From positions 1,344,001 through 1,408,000 of the forward strand of contig OY970195.1 in NCBI GenBank assembly GCA_963708185.1: DNA of 64,000 nt, in the 5' to 3' direction. The notes below the pieces were generated by a model, which worked only from the letters and a program-made list of their open reading frames with translations, was not told where the DNA came from and did not search any database. Source of the stretch: Candidatus Peregrinibacteria bacterium (GTDB lineage: Bacteria > Patescibacteriota > Gracilibacteria > UBA1369). The stretch's first letter is position 1. The number at the start of each line of letters is the position of its first letter. The position numbers were made by a program, and so were the translations under genes. Below are positions 59,826 to 64,000 of the stretch, one piece after another.

Positions 59826-60509
59826 TTATTGCTTGACGATCTTGAAGTTGAACATCGGTGTTTTGAGCGCACCCCACAGACGGAGCCAGACGGGGAGCAT
59901 CATTTCCATGCCGCGTGCCGCGGTGATGTCGCCAAGGTCGTTGATGTTTTTCCAGCCGTAGCTCTTGAGGATTTCCGTGACTTTGGCCTTTGCGTCGGCG
60001 TCGTTGCCGCAGAGAAACATGTCGTGATCGGCATTCGCAAGCTGCTGAGGGTTCACCTGGAGCAGGGCGTTCGTGGTGTTGAACGTTTTGACGACTTTGG
60101 CTTCCGGAAACGTCCGCTGGACCTCTTCCCCAAGGGAGTCGGTATTGCACACCGTGAGGGTGGGCGGCATGCCTTTGGAAAAATCCAGGGGGTTGGCGAT
60201 GTCCACGATGATCTTGCCGTTGAGGTTCTCGGCTCCCACGCTTTTGAGTACGTCCAAAGCGCAGTCTCCTTTGAGGGCGTCATAGACGATTTCGCCGTGG
60301 GCGGCCGCGTCCCTGAAGGTTGCGAGTTTGACCGAGGGGTTTTTCTTCTGCCATTCCGGGAACGGCACGTTGTTCATGGCGTCGGTTTTGGTGTCGGCCA
60401 TTTTTTTAGCCACGTCTTCGGTTCCGATCATGACGTCGTGGCCAAGCGAGGCAAGTTTTTCAGCGTGGGAACGGCCAACGATTCCGGTGCCGAGTACTGC
60501 GATTTTCAT
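59826..60509 (-). CDS. NADP oxidoreductase, F420-dependent (Fno-like) family
   Basis: MKIAVLGTGIVG, DIANP, VVKTFNT, DLGDITAAR. Confidence 0.88.
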   Translation of the reverse strand: MKIAVLGTGIVGRSHAEKLASLGHDVMIGTEDVAKKMADTKTDAMNNVPFPEWQKKNPSVKLATFRDAAAHGEIVYDALKGDCALDVLKSVGAENLNGKIIVDIANPLDFSKGMPPTLTVCNTDSLGEEVQRTFPEAKVVKTFNTTNALLQVNPQQLANADHDMFLCGNDADAKAKVTEILKSYGWKNINDLGDITAARGMEMMLPVWLRLWGALKTPMFNFKIVKQ

Positions 60510-60539
60510 AGTGGTTGAGGTGAGAGGATTGAATGCGTT

Positions 60540-60890
60540 TTACTTTTGCAAATTTTCCTTTGCCCTGAACTTCACCATTTTGGCGATCAGTTCCAGGGGA
60601 AGCGGTTTGTCCAGAGGGAATTGGATCGCGCCTTTCGACATTTTATACGGAGAAAGTTCCTTCTTGAACGCTTTGATCGCCGAAGGTTTCGGGTAAAATC
60701 CAATGTGTTTCGCGTAGCCGGCGAACCACACCAGCATGCCGTTCAATTTGTAGCCGGGCATGCCGTAGCTGATGACCTCTTCGGCCTTCGGCGCGGCTTT
60801 TTTTATCGTTGCACGCAGCTGTTTGAGCATTTTCTGGGTGTTGCCGTGAAACGCGGCGATGTATGCGGTGACGAGGTCAGTTTTAGTCAT
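60540..60890 (-). CDS. DUF1801/YdhG-like protein
   Basis: EVISYGMP, HIGFYP, SKGAIQFPLDKPLP. Confidence 0.88.
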   Translation of the reverse strand: MTKTDLVTAYIAAFHGNTQKMLKQLRATIKKAAPKAEEVISYGMPGYKLNGMLVWFAGYAKHIGFYPKPSAIKAFKKELSPYKMSKGAIQFPLDKPLPLELIAKMVKFRAKENLQK

Positions 60891-60935
60891 GGACTTTAAT
60901 ATACCATTGATCGGAGTGAGAGTGCAGCATGGCTT

Positions 60936-61532
60936 TCATTCATCCCCAACATTTCCCGTCTTTACTTCTCCGGCCCGCTTGTAGTTCGCCATAATCACGC
61001 CGCCCGGGGTGACGGTGCTCTCCGTGAGAGTAAAGGCTGCAGGGATCGTGCCCTCCGCAAACAGCTTTTTGCCCTGGCCAAGTGTTAACGGGTAGGTTAC
61101 AAGCCGGAGTTCGTCAACGAGGTCGTTTTTTAGCAGCAGCTGAATGAGCTTGCTGCTGCCCCAAACATTGAGGTCGGAGCCGTCTGAGTTTTTGAGTTTC
61201 TTGATGTCTTCCAGGCTTTTGAGAAACGTGGTGTTTTTCCAGTCCGATTTTTCAAGAGTGTTGCTCAGAACGTACTTCATGCCGTCATTGATACCCGGCC
61301 ACACATCTGCGTGCTCCGGCCAGTAGCCGGCAAAAATTTCAAACGTTTTTCTGCCCAGCAGATACTCTGCGGGCTGCATATTTTTTTGGAAGAACTCACT
61401 CCCGTTGGCATTCGTATACGGGGCCGTCCAGCCGCCATATTTGAAACCTTCTGCCGTATCTTCCTTGGATCCGCCGGGTGCTTGCATCACCCCGTCCAGG
61501 GTCATCATTGTTATGACGATGATTTTTCTCAT
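60936..61532 (-). CDS. Dihydrofolate reductase-family (RibD C-terminal) protein
   Basis: TLDGVMQAPG, LLGRKTF, WGS..L, LVDELRL..YP..LG.GK. Confidence 0.9.
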   Translation of the reverse strand: MRKIIVITMMTLDGVMQAPGGSKEDTAEGFKYGGWTAPYTNANGSEFFQKNMQPAEYLLGRKTFEIFAGYWPEHADVWPGINDGMKYVLSNTLEKSDWKNTTFLKSLEDIKKLKNSDGSDLNVWGSSKLIQLLLKNDLVDELRLVTYPLTLGQGKKLFAEGTIPAAFTLTESTVTPGGVIMANYKRAGEVKTGNVGDE

Positions 61533-61632
61533 AATAGAATTTTTTAATTAATAATATTTTCATGTATTTTGGTGTTATCTGCACGGATCATCGGGTAAAC
61601 AGTATATAATTCCGCCGGCAGTGTAAGGGAAA

Positions 61633-62214
61633 TTAGTGTAATTTTTGTTGTTTCTTCATCATTTCCAGAAGAATTTGCATCCGTTTTTCTCTGGTCTCCG
61701 GCTTCTTTGCTGTTTGTAATCGCCAGGCAATTGCATATATGTTTGCCTTATTCAGTGTTTTAAAAAATTCGTAGGCCTTCCGGTCTTTTTTAAGTATCGC
61801 CAGGAAATCAGCGGGAATTTCCATTTGGCCGGGGGAATCGTAGGCCTTGTCCCATCTGCCATCTTTTTTCGCGGTCTCTATTTCTTTGAGTCCGGATGGT
61901 TGCATGCGCTTTTCTTCGATAAGCTGGATCGCTCGTGTTTTATTTCGTTTTGACCATATGCTCTTTGATCTGCGCGGCGTAAATTTTTGAAGCCAGGATT
62001 TTTCATCATAGGCTTTTTTCTGGCCGTCGATCCAGCCAAAGCAAAGCGCTTCATCCAATGCCTCGTCATAGGTGATCGTTGCCTCGGCGGAATTTTTCTT
62101 GAAAATTCGAAGCCAAATACCATTATTGGATATGGCATAATTTATTGCAAGCCATTCCTTCCATTGCTTTGAGGATGGAAACGATTTAATGGGGGTTTCA
62201 GTAACTTTCTCCAT
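61633..62214 (-). CDS. YdeI/OmpD-associated family protein
   Basis: ALCFGWIDG, FTPRR..S.WS..N, AKKPETR. Confidence 0.9.
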   Translation of the reverse strand: MEKVTETPIKSFPSSKQWKEWLAINYAISNNGIWLRIFKKNSAEATITYDEALDEALCFGWIDGQKKAYDEKSWLQKFTPRRSKSIWSKRNKTRAIQLIEEKRMQPSGLKEIETAKKDGRWDKAYDSPGQMEIPADFLAILKKDRKAYEFFKTLNKANIYAIAWRLQTAKKPETREKRMQILLEMMKKQQKLH

Positions 62215-62221
62215 AAAATTT

Positions 62222-62440
62222 TTATTTATTTTTTTCAGATGCTATCCAAAGATACATCAAAAAGGCCGGAACAATATATGGAAAAATTCCATACAAAGTA
62301 TCACTCACTGAATGGGAAGTGCTGTCCACGAATAAGAAAATACGCACGCAGAAAAATATAAACACGACGGTAATAATAATGCCCTGCCATGATGTGGGTA
62401 TATATGTCCAGCCTGTTTTTTTAAACCAGGAAGTTTTCAT
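62222..62440 (-). CDS. Small 2-TM membrane protein
   Basis: WFKKTGWTYIPTSWQG plus two TMs. Confidence 0.65.
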   Translation of the reverse strand: MKTSWFKKTGWTYIPTSWQGIIITVVFIFFCVRIFLFVDSTSHSVSDTLYGIFPYIVPAFLMYLWIASEKNK

Positions 62441-62494
62441 GATGTTGGTAATACATTAAAGTTTTTTATTATACTATGACAATCAAAATATGTC

Positions 62495-62613
62495 GCCTAA
62501 CGTTTCAGCATATGCGATATTTGCTGGTGGTATAATAGCGAATGAAGTGAGCCACCACCAGCAAATATGGGTGAGCGAAGTGCAATGAGCGAACCGTATA
62601 TGCCGTGTTAGCG
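62495..62613 (-). other. Solitary integron attC-like site
   Basis: Minus strand CGCTAAC...GTTAGGC ends, inner GCATAT/ATATGC boxes, 15-bp internal inverted repeat. Confidence 0.65.
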
Positions 62614-62717
62614 GGTGTACATTTCTTTATGAAATCTTTTGAGTACGGGAGCCACTTAACTCTATTGATTTACTGCCTCCAGCAATAGTATATTGCTGTT
62701 GTATTAATGTAAAAAAT

Positions 62718-63056
62718 ATGGTTGCTCTCAAACGAATATATGAAAAATCCGAAATGGGTGATGGTTATAGAATTTTGGTTGATAGATTGTGGCCACGAGG
62801 TGTTTCGAAAGAGAAGGCCGCTTTGAATTTGTGGCTCAAAGATGTTGCGCCGTCAAATGAACTCCGCGCATGGTTTGGGCATGACCCACAAAAATGGTCG
62901 GAATTTAAAAAACGGTATGAAAAAGAACTTGCGACCAATGTTGTTTTTGGCGAGCTGAAAAGTATTATTAAAAAGAGAAAAAATGTCACGCTCCTTTATG
63001 CAGCTAAAGATGAGGAACATAACGAAGCAGTTGTATTGAGGGATCTTGTATCATAA
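62718..63056 (+). CDS. DUF488/YeaO family protein
   Basis: KRIYE...DGYRILVDRLWPRG, APSNELR.WF.HD, HNEAVVL. Confidence 0.92.
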   Translation: MVALKRIYEKSEMGDGYRILVDRLWPRGVSKEKAALNLWLKDVAPSNELRAWFGHDPQKWSEFKKRYEKELATNVVFGELKSIIKKRKNVTLLYAAKDEEHNEAVVLRDLVS

Positions 63057-63077
63057 CGGAAAAGTACATATTGAAGC

Positions 63078-64000
63078 ATGATTTCCATTCAAAAAAACGT
63101 TTCGCTCAAAGAGCTCACAACTTTTAAGCTTGGGGGTGTTGCCGACTATTTTATTTCAGCTGGTAATCCTGAAATCTTACACGAGGCGCTCGTTTGGGCG
63201 CGCGAGCGGCAACAGCAGGTTTTTATATTTGGCGGAGGGAGTAATCTCCTCGTCAGTGATTCAGGTTTCAGAGGAACGGTTATTCAATATACGAACAAGT
63301 CTATGAATATCGACAATACCATGATTCACGTGGCTTCAGGTTGTTTGCTTTTGGATCTGGTAAATTTCGCTGGGGCGTCCGGCCTGTCGGGATTGCAAAA
63401 CCTAACCGGTGTCCCTGGCACGGTCGGTGGCGCTGTCCGTGGCAATGCTGGTGCATTTGGGGTGGAGATGAAAGATATTGTCTCCGAAGTTATTGCCTTA
63501 CATCAGTTCACGGGCAAAATAAAGACATTTACCGTTCAGATGTGTGAATTTGGATACCGGGATAGTTATTTTAAGGCACACCCCGAGTGGGTTATTCTCG
63601 AAGCAACCATTACTCTTCATGTCGGCAATCGGAGAAAGATACTTGCTGATGGTGCTTCAATTCTGGCACGGAGAAACGCCAAGCAGATTCAAAATATACA
63701 GAGTGCCGGTTCAACATTTATTAACCCCGTGGTGAACGGTGGACTAAGGAAACAATTTGAAACAGAAAAAAATGTTATCTCCCATGGCGGCCGTGTGCCG
63801 GCCGGTTGGCTCATAGAAAAGGCGGGCCTTCGCGGTGTGCGTATTGGTGGTGCCAGGAGCAGTGAAATGCATCCAAATTATCTCATCAATATGGGCGAAG
63901 CGACGAGTGCCAATGTGAAAGAGTTGATTGAACTGATCAAACAAAAGGTCACTGAAAGGTTTGGTGTCGAACTGAAAGAAGAAATCAAATATCTCGGGTA
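63078..64000 (+). CDS. murB: UDP-N-acetylmuramate dehydrogenase, stop codon not complete within the window
   Basis: TTFKLGGVA, GGGSNLLVSD, GVPGTVGGAV.GNAGA, FGYRDS, SAGSTF.NP; absent from the ORF track for lack of a stop. Confidence 0.93.
   Translation, partial: MISIQKNVSLKELTTFKLGGVADYFISAGNPEILHEALVWARERQQQVFIFGGGSNLLVSDSGFRGTVIQYTNKSMNIDNTMIHVASGCLLLDLVNFAGASGLSGLQNLTGVPGTVGGAVRGNAGAFGVEMKDIVSEVIALHQFTGKIKTFTVQMCEFGYRDSYFKAHPEWVILEATITLHVGNRRKILADGASILARRNAKQIQNIQSAGSTFINPVVNGGLRKQFETEKNVISHGGRVPAGWLIEKAGLRGVRIGGARSSEMHPNYLINMGEATSANVKELIELIKQKVTERFGVELKEEIKYLG

Noticed and set aside
63341-63944. Short ORFs listed at the window end
   Set aside because: They are alternative frames of murB, which is open from 63078 to the window end

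Overview
Bacterial chromosome segment using standard code 11 (TGA is used as stop). Gene content, many short ORFans and T-rich, mostly SD-less start contexts suggest a CPR/Patescibacteria host, probably Peregrinibacteria-like (inference). Host backbone: glycosyltransferase genes, a RelA/SpoT homologue, EmrAB-like efflux, a divergent F-type ATP synthase operon with a b-delta fusion, OtsAB fusion, NDH-2/DoxX cluster, PBP, M16 peptidase, ndk, a folate cluster (pabB, pabC-like, folP, PTPS, folK), pentose-phosphate/phosphoketolase genes, a solitary attC-like site and murB. The main accessory feature is a visibly AT-richer ~15.9-kb element (21532-37457) integrated at the 3' end of tRNA-Trp by a large serine recombinase whose own coding sequence contains the att core. 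Its cargo includes a CBASS-like CD-NTase + SLATT pair co-transcribed behind a MerR-HTH/GHKL kinase and a STAS protein under a promoter with 10-bp-phased repeats. It also carries a HEPN-motif protein, Mrr, a type IIG R-M enzyme, a sigma-like/MerR fusion and a SpoVG/primase-Zn-finger/ATPase module. Two paralogous ~50-aa proteins missed by the ORF track and two sequence-divergent 5' leaders with the same stem-plus-pseudoknot topology also lie on the element. All calls come from motif reading by eye; no searches were run.
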